From NCBI GenBank assembly GCA_964016885.1, contig OZ024750.1, forward strand, positions 19,034,001 through 19,098,000: a DNA stretch of 64,000 nucleotides, in the 5' to 3' direction. Position numbers and translations under genes: made by a program. The stretch comes from Eledone cirrhosa (Eukaryota). The notes below the pieces were generated by a model that worked only from the letters and a program-made list of their open reading frames with translations, was not told the origin of the DNA and did no database searches. Positions 31,331 through 43,391 of the stretch are shown here, one piece after another; the first letter of the stretch is position 1; each line of letters opens with the position of its first letter.

Positions 31331-32142
31331 CACACACACACAAACACATATATAAATATATAATCGTATATACGAAAAGTATCTTTTTTCAGACATGCAT
31401 TGTAAACATGACTAATGTCTAGTTTTTAACTTTTTTATTAACACATTCTTTCATATTTACGTAGAGTCCTTTGAAGTTTACAAAAAAGATAAAACACGAA
31501 AACAGTCGTGTTTATAACAACACGCTCACATGCTTGTATATATAATATATAAATACATACACACATACATACACTCACAAACACATATATATATACATAA
31601 TATGAACATATATACAAACACATGCTAGTTTGAATGAAGGCCAACTCTTTTTTTAAAGTTTACAGTAGATTGCCCCCACTTATTATTTTTATTATATAGT
31701 TGGAACTGTTTAACATTTCTCCGTAAGTCTATATATTTATATATTTCTCATTCGTATCAATCTCAACCCTATAACGCCCGTTCTTGCAAACGAAGCAATC
31801 ACAGAGAGAGGCATGATTTTTATCTTTGTATAAAGACAGATAAGATTTAAAATCCCACCGATGTCAGGTTTCTCAATCATACATTCGAGATCGATTAAAT
31901 ATAACATCAATCCATGGGTATCGATTAGTAGAATGATTTGAGAGACGTACGAGATGGCTTGTAGTATCTGTTCAAGCACTTTGTATTCCGAGTTCGAATT
32001 CTGCCTATGGATTCTAATCTCACCGATGGTGAAGTCAAATCCTCTGACTATGGGAACAGACCTTATTAGAAAAACAGCAATGGGTGGAGGAAGACTCTGG
32101 CTCTCTGCTATTACAGAACAATGATGATAATGATGAAGATGA

Positions 32143-32209
<67 letters not shown>

Positions 32210-32438
32210 TGGATGAATACTTCAATAGGCACTAAGTACTTGTAGAAATATGCAAGGTGTTTATAATATTTGTGGTTCGATGGTACTAATTTGAGATACC
32301 AGAACAATATAAAAAGAGCGGAGCAAGCGGTTATCAAACAATTTTCTAAATAAATTAAAAAACGATTTAAATAATCACATGTTCTATTTCTGTTACCGAC
32401 GGTTTCACCATTCCAAATATTGGAAATCCAGAGAATTT

Positions 32439-32543
<105 letters not shown>

Positions 32544-32587
32544 AATAACTGGAGGCTGGACTGGTGTAATTCCTTAAAAGGTTTATT

Positions 32588-32645
32588 ATACCATGATCAT
32601 TTCAATGACCGGGTTCGGTATGAATCCGGTGACATCATCAGGTAT
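32588..32645 (-). ncRNA. Type I hammerhead motif, probably inactive (G at position 17)
   Basis: rc: AUAC-CUGAUGA-UG..ACCGGAUUC..GAACCCGGU.CAUU-GAAA-U-GAUC-A-UG/GUAU. Confidence 0.6.
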
Positions 32646-32836
32646 TCGAAATATAACAAAGGAATATAATAGACAAAATCCATGGGGCTGAAAATCAGAG
32701 ACATGAGGGCGGCCGACCATTTAGCAGCTTCTACCCCGGTCGGCCGCCCTCGAGTGGTTTTTCTCGCATCTTGGTCGCCCTTGAAATATATATAATAAAA
32801 TAATTATGGTTTTATAAATATAGTTTCCATTTATTA

Positions 32837-32903
<67 letters not shown>

Positions 32904-32943
32904 GAATAATAATAAATGGAAACTATATTTATAAAACCATAAT

Positions 32944-33009
32944 TATTTTATTATATATATTTCAAGGGCGACCAAGGTAAATTATGGTGCGCTTTCATCA
33001 GATAAAATA
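32944..33009 (-). ncRNA. Type I minimal hammerhead ribozyme (family A)
   Basis: Inverse copy of 33130-33195. Confidence 0.8.
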
Positions 33010-33129
33010 CAGATTTGTTTTATAAATAAATATTGACATACCCGGAAAAAAAGTCAACCTCAATGGTTGAAATTCGCTAAGGTTGTCTTTTTTCCTGGTA
33101 TGTCAATATTTATTTATAAAACAAATCTG

Positions 33130-33195
33130 TATTTTATCTGATGAAAGCGCACCATAATTTACCTTGGTCGCCCTTGAAATATATATAATAAAATA
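33130..33195 (+). ncRNA. Type I minimal hammerhead ribozyme (family A)
   Basis: tattttat-CTGATGA-aagcgcacca..tggtcgccctt-GAAA-t-atat-a-TA/ataaaata. Confidence 0.85.
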
Positions 33196-33326
33196 ATTAT
33201 GGTTTTATAAATATAGTTTCCATCTATTAATATATTGTATATTTACTCCACTAACTTGTTGAGTGCTTTATATCAGTTATAAAAAATGTTAAGCTTGTTG
33301 CATCCCAACAAATTAAATATGACCTC

Positions 33327-33388
<62 letters not shown>

Positions 33389-33525
33389 AGTGTGTGTGTG
33401 TGAGTGTGTGTGTGTGAGAGAGAGAAAGTGTGTGTGTGTGTATGCTGAAAATTAGGATTGTTATTTAGATAAGAAGGGTATATATTTTCTGTACGAAATA
33501 CATTTTATTGTTATGCATGGTAGTG

Positions 33526-33593
<68 letters not shown>

Positions 33594-34150
33594 CACACAC
33601 TATCATGCACGCACGCATACACAGACACAGACACACACAAACACACTTATAAATAAAAAAATACATACATATATACATATATATACGTATAATATATACA
33701 TATTATTACTATTATTTGACCATTGTAAAGCGAAATGAAATAAAAAAATAAAATATGAAATGAAAGAAAAAAGGCAAAAAAAAAAAAAAAAAAAAAATTA
33801 TGAAAAGCGAACAAAAGTTAAGATCTCAACGCCCATGAATCATTGCTTTGCTTTACGGAGTGTGATGGTTTAAATTAGAGAGCAGAGTTTGCAAGGTAAG
33901 ACTTTATGTAGTTTATATAAAACTTTAGTATCCACATGTTGGCAGTTTAATGAAAAAGAACATCAGTATTATGAGGAAGAAAATGACATTTAAAGATACG
34001 GCCCTGCAATTTCTGCACTACAGAATATTAATAGATAATTTATACATCATGATGTTACACTTTAAGGAGAGAAGCATGTATATCACTTTAGGTGACATGC
34101 GTCATTGATTTGTATGGTATCGTATGTCAGATGAATACAAAAAAGAAACG

Positions 34151-34199
<49 letters not shown>

Positions 34200-34214
34200 T
34201 ACACACACAGACGT

Positions 34215-34251
<37 letters not shown>

Positions 34252-34323
34252 GAGATACATAGATAGAGAGACAGAGATAGCTAAAAAGGGAAGCAGATAG
34301 ATTTATTCACATATAAATGCATG

Positions 34324-34408
<85 letters not shown>

Positions 34409-34574
34409 ATATATTTATATATATATATATAAACAATGAACAATGAAAAAGGCAAGGGCATTTCTTTTCCGAATATTGCTGTAATCTTTTGATCCTGGGT
34501 GGATTTCTTTTCAAGTCAAGAACATGAACAAGTATTTTACGATATTGCAACTAATTTATATATATCTAAACATG

Positions 34575-34623
<49 letters not shown>

Positions 34624-34624
34624 A

Positions 34625-34688
<64 letters not shown>

Positions 34689-34852
34689 ATGAATAGATGC
34701 ACCCATGCATACATACACACACACACACACACACGCACATACCCATTCAAAGCAGAAAAAGCAGTTGATGTGAAAATAATAATGATATGCAATGCAAATC
34801 ATGAACCTTTACAGTTCCACCTCCCCTCAAATCCCTTGTTTCTTCTGCATAA

Positions 34853-34974
<122 letters not shown>

Positions 34975-35010
34975 AGTTAAAATACGTGCATACAGATACA
35001 TACATACATA

Positions 35011-35101
<91 letters not shown>

Positions 35102-35442
35102 GCATATACTTATTTGTATATGTATACAGATATATTGGAACGATCGACTTTCGTTAAATCGGACCGAGGAAACAATGTTTCCATTGATCTTTCCAATTGC
35201 TAATACAGATATTGTATAATACAGATGTGTGTATATATACTTACACATACATAGGATCCCCAACTACCCGGCTGTCGGCTACTCCTTCTCTCTACTACTT
35301 CAACATCTAGTTTTACTGGATATTAACATTTACCTTCTTGTATGCTTGTATTTATGTATGTGAGTGTGTATGCATGTTTCTATCTATGTATATAGATGAA
35401 AAAATATTTGATTGTGTTATTCGCTTGTACAACATATATAAA

Positions 35443-35498
<56 letters not shown>

Positions 35499-35625
35499 AA
35501 TTAATATATCTAGTAACATATATATACACAGATGCATACGCTTTGCTTTCTTCCATCCACTGAATTATTTTTGTATAAGTTCCCTGTGTCCACGTATTGC
35601 CTGGAAACTTAGCTGAGAATAGACT

Positions 35626-35702
35626 TCCCTGATGACGAAAGGCTTCTCCGTACGTTTCTTTGGAAACTATGTTTATTCCCTTTCAGAAACTAATTAGTTG
35701 GA
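35626..35702 (+). ncRNA. Type I hammerhead ribozyme, 50 nt stem II domain
   Basis: tcc-CTGATGA-c-gaaagg...cctttc-a-GAAA-ct-aatt-ag-TT/gga. Confidence 0.65.
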
Positions 35703-35871
35703 CTGAAATTTTAGTAAGTTAATTTTATTACGTTTCTTATTTTACGTTTCTCATATTATATATATATATATATATACCCGTCTAACCCATGCTAGCATGG
35801 AAGAACGGACGTAAAACGGTGATGTAGATGATGATTATGATGATGATATATGTGTGTGCGTGTGTGTGTAA

Positions 35872-35953
<82 letters not shown>

Positions 35954-36001
35954 TTATTAAAATAACAGATTAAAGTTTAAGCAAAGAATCGGTGCTTTCA
36001 C

Positions 36002-36072
<71 letters not shown>

Positions 36073-36076
<4 letters not shown>

Positions 36077-37845
36077 AATAATAGGCTGCCCGTTGCAAAT
36101 GGTGGGGCATGTGAAAAAGTAGGTCCTTCATCAGTGACCCTCCAACCGTCCCAGGCATTTCATCGCTTTAAGGGCCATATGCCTCAGGTTGGTGCGAACA
36201 ACGGCTAAAAAAAGTCGTTGGGACACGTAAACAAAGGGGACGCCAGGGTAACAAACAAAAAAGTTTAAGCAACGGAAAGTGAGAAGAAATAGACAAGTCC
36301 CAGATCTCTATGAATATAAACTCGGTGAAATCGTGAACAAGAGACAAAAGACCATCAAACCTGGTTGAAATGTGAGCAAGGAAAGAATTTCGCCCAAGTT
36401 TGACGGGGGGGGGGGGGGAAGAGAGAAGAAGAAGAAGAAGAAGAAGAAGAAGAAGATAAATGGGTCTGGTCTACGAATTCGGTAAACATAAGTTTTGTGA
36501 AGTCGCAGACGAAAGAGAGAGAGAGAAAAAAATTTCCATACCAGCTTGGTCAAGACCGCGCGAGAAAAGAATTACACACAGGTCAAACTTGAAGGAGGAG
36601 GAAAGAGGAGGAGGAGAGGTAGTGACAGAGAATGAGTGAGTGAAAGTTGAGGAGGAGGCTAACAGAGAGAGAGACTGCTAGAAAGGGTAAAAACGAACAG
36701 ACGAGTGGCAGCAGAAGAAAAATTATGTGTAAATATGATAATAATAGGCTGCCCGTTGCAAATGGTAGGGCATGTGAAAAAGTAGGTCCTTCATCAGTGA
36801 CCCTCCAACCGTCCCAGGCATTTCATCGCTTTAAGGGCCATATGCCTCAGGTTGGTGCGAACAACGGCTAAAAAAAGTCGTTGGGACACGTAAACAAAGG
36901 GGACGCCAGGGTAACAAACAAAAAAGTTTAAGCAACGGAAAGTGAGAAGAAATAGACAAGTCCCAGATCTCTATGAATATAAACTCGGTGAAATCGTGAA
37001 CAAGAGACAAAAGACCATCAAACCTGGTTGAAATGTGAGCAAGGAAAGAATTTCGCCCAAGTTTGACGGGGGGGGGGGGGGGGAGAGAAGAAGAAGAAGA
37101 AGAAGAAGAAGAAGATAAATGGGTCTGGTCTACGAATTCGGTAAACGTAAGTTTTGTGAAGTCGCAGACGAAAGAGAGAGAGAGAAAAAAATTTCCATAC
37201 CAGCTTGGTCAAGACCGCGCGAGAAAAGAATTACACACAGGTCAAACTTGAAGGAGGAGGAAAGAGGAGGAGGAGAGGTAGTGACAGAGAATGAGTGAGT
37301 GAAAGTTGAGGAGGAGGCTAACAGAGAGAGAGACTGCTAGAAAGGGTAAAAACGAACAGACGAGTGGCAGCAGAAGAAAAATTATGTGTAAATATGATAA
37401 TAATAGGCTGCCCGTTGCAAATGGTAGGGCATGTGAAAAAGTAGGTCCTTCATCAGTGACCCTCCAACCGTCCCAGGCATTTCATCGCTTTAAGGGCCAT
37501 ATGCCTCAGGTTGGTGCGAACAACGGCTAAAAAAAGTCGTTGGGACACGTAAACAAAGGGGACGCCAGGGTAACAAACAAAAAAGTTTAAGCAACGGAAA
37601 GTGAGAAGAAATAGACAAGTCCCAGATCTCTATGAATATAAACTCGGTGAAATCGTGAACAAGAGACAAAAGACCATCAAACCTGGTTGAAATGTGAGCA
37701 AGGAAAGAATTTCGCCCAAGTTTGACGGGGGAGGGGGGGGGGGAAGAGAGAAGAAGAAGAAGAAGATAAAGGGGTCTGGTCTACGAATTCGGTAAACATA
37801 AGTTTTGTGAAGTCGCAGACGAAAGAGAGAGAGAGAGAAAAAAAT
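36073..37845. repeat. ~660 bp tandem repeat, ~2.7 copies, between TA tracts
   Basis: Units start ~36073, ~36736, ~37396; differ by a few SNPs and G/GAA run lengths. Confidence 0.95.
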
Positions 37846-38033
37846 ATATATATAAGAAAATATTTGTATATATATATATGTTAACACATCAAAACGTATT
37901 TAATATGTATGATGACCATGTTTCTCATTAAATAAGCTCAATGGATGTTAGTTCAGAGCATCAATAATTAAAATCTAAAATATATATTTAGAATATAATT
38001 TAGAGATATATCAGATGCAAGAATGGTATTTAA

Positions 38034-38552
38034 CTAATGTATTGGTACGCGATGGGGCCCACCCACAGCCCCGGCGGACAGAATCGAGAAGGCGTTTCCC
38101 CGGAGGACGGCAAGGGAGACGCGCTGAAGAAGCCACTCCAACTCGCGGGGCTCACACCTGCGGCTGGCCAGCTCAGCGCCTATGGTGGTGAGTAAGGAGG
38201 TAGCCCTGGAGCCGAGGACACCAGAAGTCTCCACTGCCAGGGGTACGACCGCAAACCTGTCGGAGAGCGACCGGTATTTGAGGAGTTTGGCCCCCTCAGC
38301 CCGACGTGCAGCAGAACCTGGGTCAGTCGCAGACTGCACCAGGTTGCGGCTGCAGAAAGTGTGGGTGCAAGTGGCATCCCAGACGAGGGGTTTGCCACCG
38401 CAGAACGGGAAGATGGTCATACCATCTGGCCCTTTGCCGTCCCCTCGATCCAGCCCCACCGGCTCGAGCTGGGAAGGGAAGCCTGCAGCGTCCAAGCCAT
38501 GCTTAATGACCTAATTGAGGGCAGCATGGCGTGGAATGCGGCCGGCACTGTG
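38034..38552 (-). mobile_element. CRE-clade-like non-LTR retrotransposon 3' fragment (restriction-like endonuclease domain)
   Basis: GRIPRHAALN*..LEPVGL..GPDG..LVWDAT..E.AK..KY..PLAVETSG..G..LLQRVSLAVLRGNA; GC-rich, one in-frame stop. Confidence 0.8.
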
Positions 38553-38648
38553 AGAGAGTGAGAAAAAGTCACATATCATTTGAAAAAATCATAGTATTTT
38601 ATACACATATATAATGCAAATTGGCATGGGGATGTATGTAAAGACAAT

Positions 38649-38784
38649 TTCTTCTGATGAATAGTTCATTGTCTTCCGTTTGCTTTACCAGAATCGATAG
38701 TTGGTACTCTATAGGGGCTCAATTGCTTAGATCTGTTTTGCTTTTAAGTCGGGATTTGGGACTTTGAAACAGTACTGTTAGGAA
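38649..38784 (+). ncRNA. Type I hammerhead ribozyme with 105 nt stem II domain
   Basis: ttctt-CTGATGA-atagttc...gggacttt-GAAA-ca-gtac-tg-TT/aggaa; inverted flank copy 38560-38622 / 38828-38890. Confidence 0.65.
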
Positions 38785-38929
38785 GATATGACTTTTTCAC
38801 CTTAAAGTATGTATTTTTCCTGAAAATTATTTGCATTATATATGTGTACAGAATACTAAGTGTTTCTCAAATGATATAAGACTCATTCTCTAAAATATGT
38901 CATTTATATATATATATACACACACACAC

Positions 38930-38994
<65 letters not shown>

Positions 38995-39207
38995 TATATA
39001 CATATATATATATATATGTATAAATATTTCGTATCTCCAAAGAAATACGGTTTTAGGAAGCCGTAGCGATGCAATCACCGGGGGGCTAACACCCTCTGGT
39101 GATGTCCAGCATAGCTACGGCTTCCTGTGTTTGTGTGTGCGAATAAATGTATATCATAAGTGGTTGTCTGTTAGATATATATATTGGAATGTGTTGGTTC
39201 ATTAGTT

Positions 39208-39268
<61 letters not shown>

Positions 39269-39498
39269 TATATAATTGGTGTTTTCTCCTCAGGTGATAG
39301 TCTAACCTACCTGTAATTTGCTCTTGTGAAGTCTTTAGATTGTGGATTGTGCACCTAACTTTGTCGTTATCGAATTAAACTAGAAATATCGATATATGTT
39401 ACTGTTGTCATATATATGTATGAATATATATATATGTTATGTATATATATATATACATACACACACATACATATATTTCTGTGTGTGTTTCTGTGTGT

Positions 39499-39544
<46 letters not shown>

Positions 39545-39590
39545 GTGTATGTGTCTATGTATATCTGTATGTATGCATTTTAACTATATG

Positions 39591-39677
<87 letters not shown>

Positions 39678-39678
39678 A

Positions 39679-39743
<65 letters not shown>

Positions 39744-40062
39744 CAATAAATACTTGTGGTAAGACACATATATATTGGTATACTACGTTTTTCAGGTTTC
39801 CAAAAATATCTGTTCACAACGTAGAGGGATAATTTATTTTATTTTATATCAATATTAGCTAGTTACGTGAATTCCAATGTTGCTGTATTGTCCTTCAGAA
39901 CTGCTGATGAGTTGTGAAGGGCCATACGACAAACCTATATTACAAGTGCTAGCTGATTATTGATTATATATATATATTTTCGATTTTGACGTTATAGTCA
40001 CTTATATATTATGAAATACTGTTGGCTTCACGCTCACAACAATTTTTATACTTTAAGTTCTC

Positions 40063-40106
<44 letters not shown>

Positions 40107-40151
40107 GCATGTATGTATATATATACTATATACATATATATATATATTAAC

Positions 40152-40182
<31 letters not shown>

Positions 40183-40191
40183 CACATACAC

Positions 40192-40240
<49 letters not shown>

Positions 40241-40367
40241 TATATATATATATAAATAAATAAATATATATATATATAAATAAATAAATAAATATATATA
40301 TATAATATATATATATATTTATATAAATATATATATAAATATAAATATAAATATAAATATATATATG

Positions 40368-40399
<32 letters not shown>

Positions 40400-40416
40400 A
40401 ATATATATATATGTAT

Positions 40417-40602
<186 letters not shown>

Positions 40603-40839
40603 TATGTGTGTGCTTGGTATTAGCTTGACTTATTTCTTCATTAACACCGATTTCAAACCGGAAAGATGTCTAACTCTTCAGAGCTATGTATCAAATAAGC
40701 AAAAAATAAAATGGAGAATACAGCTTAGTGGATGGTTTAGATAAGTGACACAAGTTGAATACATTAGCAGCTGAACATTGGTGACCTATTGGTGATATCT
40801 ATCTATCTATCTGCCTGCCTGTCTACCTGTCTACTCTAT

Positions 40840-41310
40840 CTCTGGAGGTGAGGGTTGCACTTTTTTCGGGGGTATGTGTTACCCGTATGAAATGTCTCCC
40901 CTATTGGGGAAAATCGATTAATTTTTAAATTGCATTTGTGATAGTATTTTACAAATTTTTATTGTATGTAAACTTCCCCCTTTGTATTTGTCACCTTCTT
41001 TTTTGCCCCTGTGACTAATAATTGTTTCTACTTTAGGCACAAGGCCAGCAATTACCCAGTGCATTACTGGTACTTTATTTTATCGACCCCGTAAGGATGA
41101 AAGGCAAAGTCAACCTCGGCGGGATTTGAACTCAGATCGTAAAGGGACGTAACTATGCTGGAAAGCATGGCGTCCGACCCTCTACCGATACTGCCAATCC
41201 ACCGCCTGTGACTAATAATGAAACATATCTATCTGTAAAATCCCCGGCATGTCTTTGTATTGTCCCCTTTCTTGTTGCGCCCTTGTGGCTAATAAAGAAA
41301 TCTATCTATC
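40840..41310 (+). mobile_element. Two truncated Tx1-family 3' UTRs (40840-41232 interrupted by a SINE; 41235-41310)
   Basis: Homologous to 46870-47095 and rc of 22525-23000; separated by TATC units. Confidence 0.85.
41018..41206 (-). mobile_element. Full-length young SINE with 15 bp TSD cctgtgactaataat
   Basis: Consensus match; TSD visible on both sides. Confidence 0.92.
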
Positions 41311-41314
41311 TATA

Positions 41315-41348
<34 letters not shown>

Positions 41349-41579
41349 ATCTATCTATCTCTGGGATGGACACACGCGTATAACTTGCTGAGTAAGTTCT
41401 GTTTAAATTTCTATAGAAATTCTTGTCTGATAACTTTAATTTTTGTACCATTTTGTAGAGGGACTGCCAGGTCAAACTTTGATCTGGTCAGTCTCTCAAA
41501 ATATTCTACGCCTTTAGGCGAAATAGTTAAAAAAAAAAAAAAGTTTTTTTTTCTTGTTGAAAAGTCAATATTTTTTTAA

Positions 41580-43367
41580 ATGGCCGAAGCTTCTTCACCA
41601 AAATTCGAAGGAGGAAAGGGGAAGATGAACTTACAGCTTCCCCCTGCCACTGTCACAGTAGCAGAGGTCAAGAAGATAGGTCAGCCAGAGGAAGAATTCT
41701 CTCCACCTGTTAACCGACAACTTGACGTTGCCATGGCAACTACCCAAAGAACCAGCAGCAACAGCAACAACAACAACAATGCGACGGACGAAAGCAACAC
41801 CAATAACAATAACAATAACAACAACAACACCAATAACGGTGACAACAACAACAATGATAACAACAACACCACCAACGACAACAACAACACAAACAAACAA
41901 AATTTCTCCTTCGCCGAGACGACAAGGAAAACCCTCGACTATCTGCCAGTAGATATAACAAAAGCGAAGGAGCTACTGGCGGATGCGAAAAAATATATAG
42001 TGTACGGGGAAAATGGTTCATTCACAATCCATTCCCCCCCGGAACTAAAAAGCCAGAGACTCCTAAACACGGTCATGTTTAGGACAATTTCGAACAAAAG
42101 TAAAAAACCAGCTCAACCATCACAGAGCGAGATAGAGCTGGTTTTAAAAGACGTCATGAAGGACATCACCTTCATTCAGAAGGATAGACTCTACGGGAGT
42201 CTATCCATTCTCATGAAGGACAGGGACACAGCAGTGAAACTGTCCATCAAACCAATCACATCCACCGCATACACCTTCTACCCTACGTACATGGGTAGAA
42301 GAACACAAAAAATAAAAATCCACACCATCCTGCCGATTATGGACATATGGTGGGTTTTGACAGGTTTTCTGGACCTGGAGGATGACATGCTGGTGTCCAT
42401 GGGAAAGGCATCGGGTGACGCGTTCAGTGGAACGAGCCTCGAACTTGTAGTTCAAATGAGGCCCGAAAGGATCGCCCAGATCCCTGAACGCGTCATACTG
42501 GATGATCTAACCTTCATCAACATTACCGTTGAGGGTAGACGGCCCTCGTGTTACCTCTGCGGAACCAGAGGTCACCTGAGGGCTGTCTGTCCCCAACTTA
42601 ATAAGAAAACCCCAATCCTGCCTACACCACCAACAACTGCACAACCAACACAATCACCACAACTACCACTACAAAAACAACCACCACAGCTCAAACCAAA
42701 ACAAAACAATGTCCAACCCATCCCCTCCACCCAAAAAACAAAAACAATTTCCAAAACACCCGTACCGCAAACACAACCCGAAAATATACCCCTCCCCTCC
42801 AACGCGGAAGATGACCCTAGTTCGTCGTCAGACGAGGAGGAGCACTTCCACACAATCAAAAGAAAAAAAAGAAAACACACCTCAGACACACAAATGAAAA
42901 CAACCCCTCCCCAAAACATAACACTGACACCAACACAAAAGAGCTCACAACAGCAAACAAAAAACACCACACAAAAACAAAAACATGCATACACATACAT
43001 AAATACAAGAAACAAAAAACTGTTAAACATTGTGTACAACAACAATCTAATAAAAACACAAGGGCCTAACTTCACCCAGGCAGGGGATTTCCCCCACCTC
43101 AAAATGATTAAGGCCCCACAGGACACCTATAAAACTTTAAAAAACAATTTTAAAGAGGACGTGGGTCCCCCCTGCGTCGGGCCCATTAACCGCGTCCTCC
43201 TAAAAAACTATCCCACCCCCTCCCCAAACACCCTCACAACTCCAAGCTCCCCAACCACACAACACACTGATGCCCCCACACTTCCACAAACCACCACCCC
43301 ACCCAACAACCCATCCCCCACCCTAATGGAAATTGTGCAGCCCGATACCCGGGACGCAGAGAGGTAA
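41580..43367 (+). CDS. LINE ORF1 (gag-like nucleic acid binding protein), 595 aa
   Basis: CYLCGTRGHLRAVC CX2CX4HX4C knuckle, Asn-rich and Pro/Gln/Thr-rich tracts, acidic patch plus KRKKRK. Confidence 0.9.
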   Translation: MAEASSPKFEGGKGKMNLQLPPATVTVAEVKKIGQPEEEFSPPVNRQLDVAMATTQRTSSNSNNNNNATDESNTNNNNNNNNNTNNGDNNNNDNNNTTNDNNNTNKQNFSFAETTRKTLDYLPVDITKAKELLADAKKYIVYGENGSFTIHSPPELKSQRLLNTVMFRTISNKSKKPAQPSQSEIELVLKDVMKDITFIQKDRLYGSLSILMKDRDTAVKLSIKPITSTAYTFYPTYMGRRTQKIKIHTILPIMDIWWVLTGFLDLEDDMLVSMGKASGDAFSGTSLELVVQMRPERIAQIPERVILDDLTFINITVEGRRPSCYLCGTRGHLRAVCPQLNKKTPILPTPPTTAQPTQSPQLPLQKQPPQLKPKQNNVQPIPSTQKTKTISKTPVPQTQPENIPLPSNAEDDPSSSSDEEEHFHTIKRKKRKHTSDTQMKTTPPQNITLTPTQKSSQQQTKNTTQKQKHAYTYINTRNKKLLNIVYNNNLIKTQGPNFTQAGDFPHLKMIKAPQDTYKTLKNNFKEDVGPPCVGPINRVLLKNYPTPSPNTLTTPSSPTTQHTDAPTLPQTTTPPNNPSPTLMEIVQPDTRDAER

Positions 43368-43391
43368 GTGCCTTTTCTCTTCACCACCAAC

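Larger units (their letters stand above)
32770..33330. mobile_element. Family A PLE element cluster: partial (+) 32770-32843, TA tract, fold-back 32905-33042 / 33097-33330
   Basis: Three mutually homologous segments, matching 3087-3950. Confidence 0.85.

Noticed and set aside
31737-32110. IRIHRQ..EYK peptide resembling PLE GIY-YIG
   Set aside because: Region is better explained by a SINE fragment plus a LINE-like 3' end on the opposite strand
36110-36170. CUGAUGA and GAAA (minus strand) in the shared 100 nt module as a type II hammerhead or C/D snoRNA
   Set aside because: Could not form stems II and III around the core; box spacing unconvincing
39850-39950. Two overlapping HHR-like motifs
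   Set aside because: Missing core nucleotides and weak stems; other half motifs at ~2925-2975, ~32385-32440, ~39315-39405 and ~51325-51395 likewise not called
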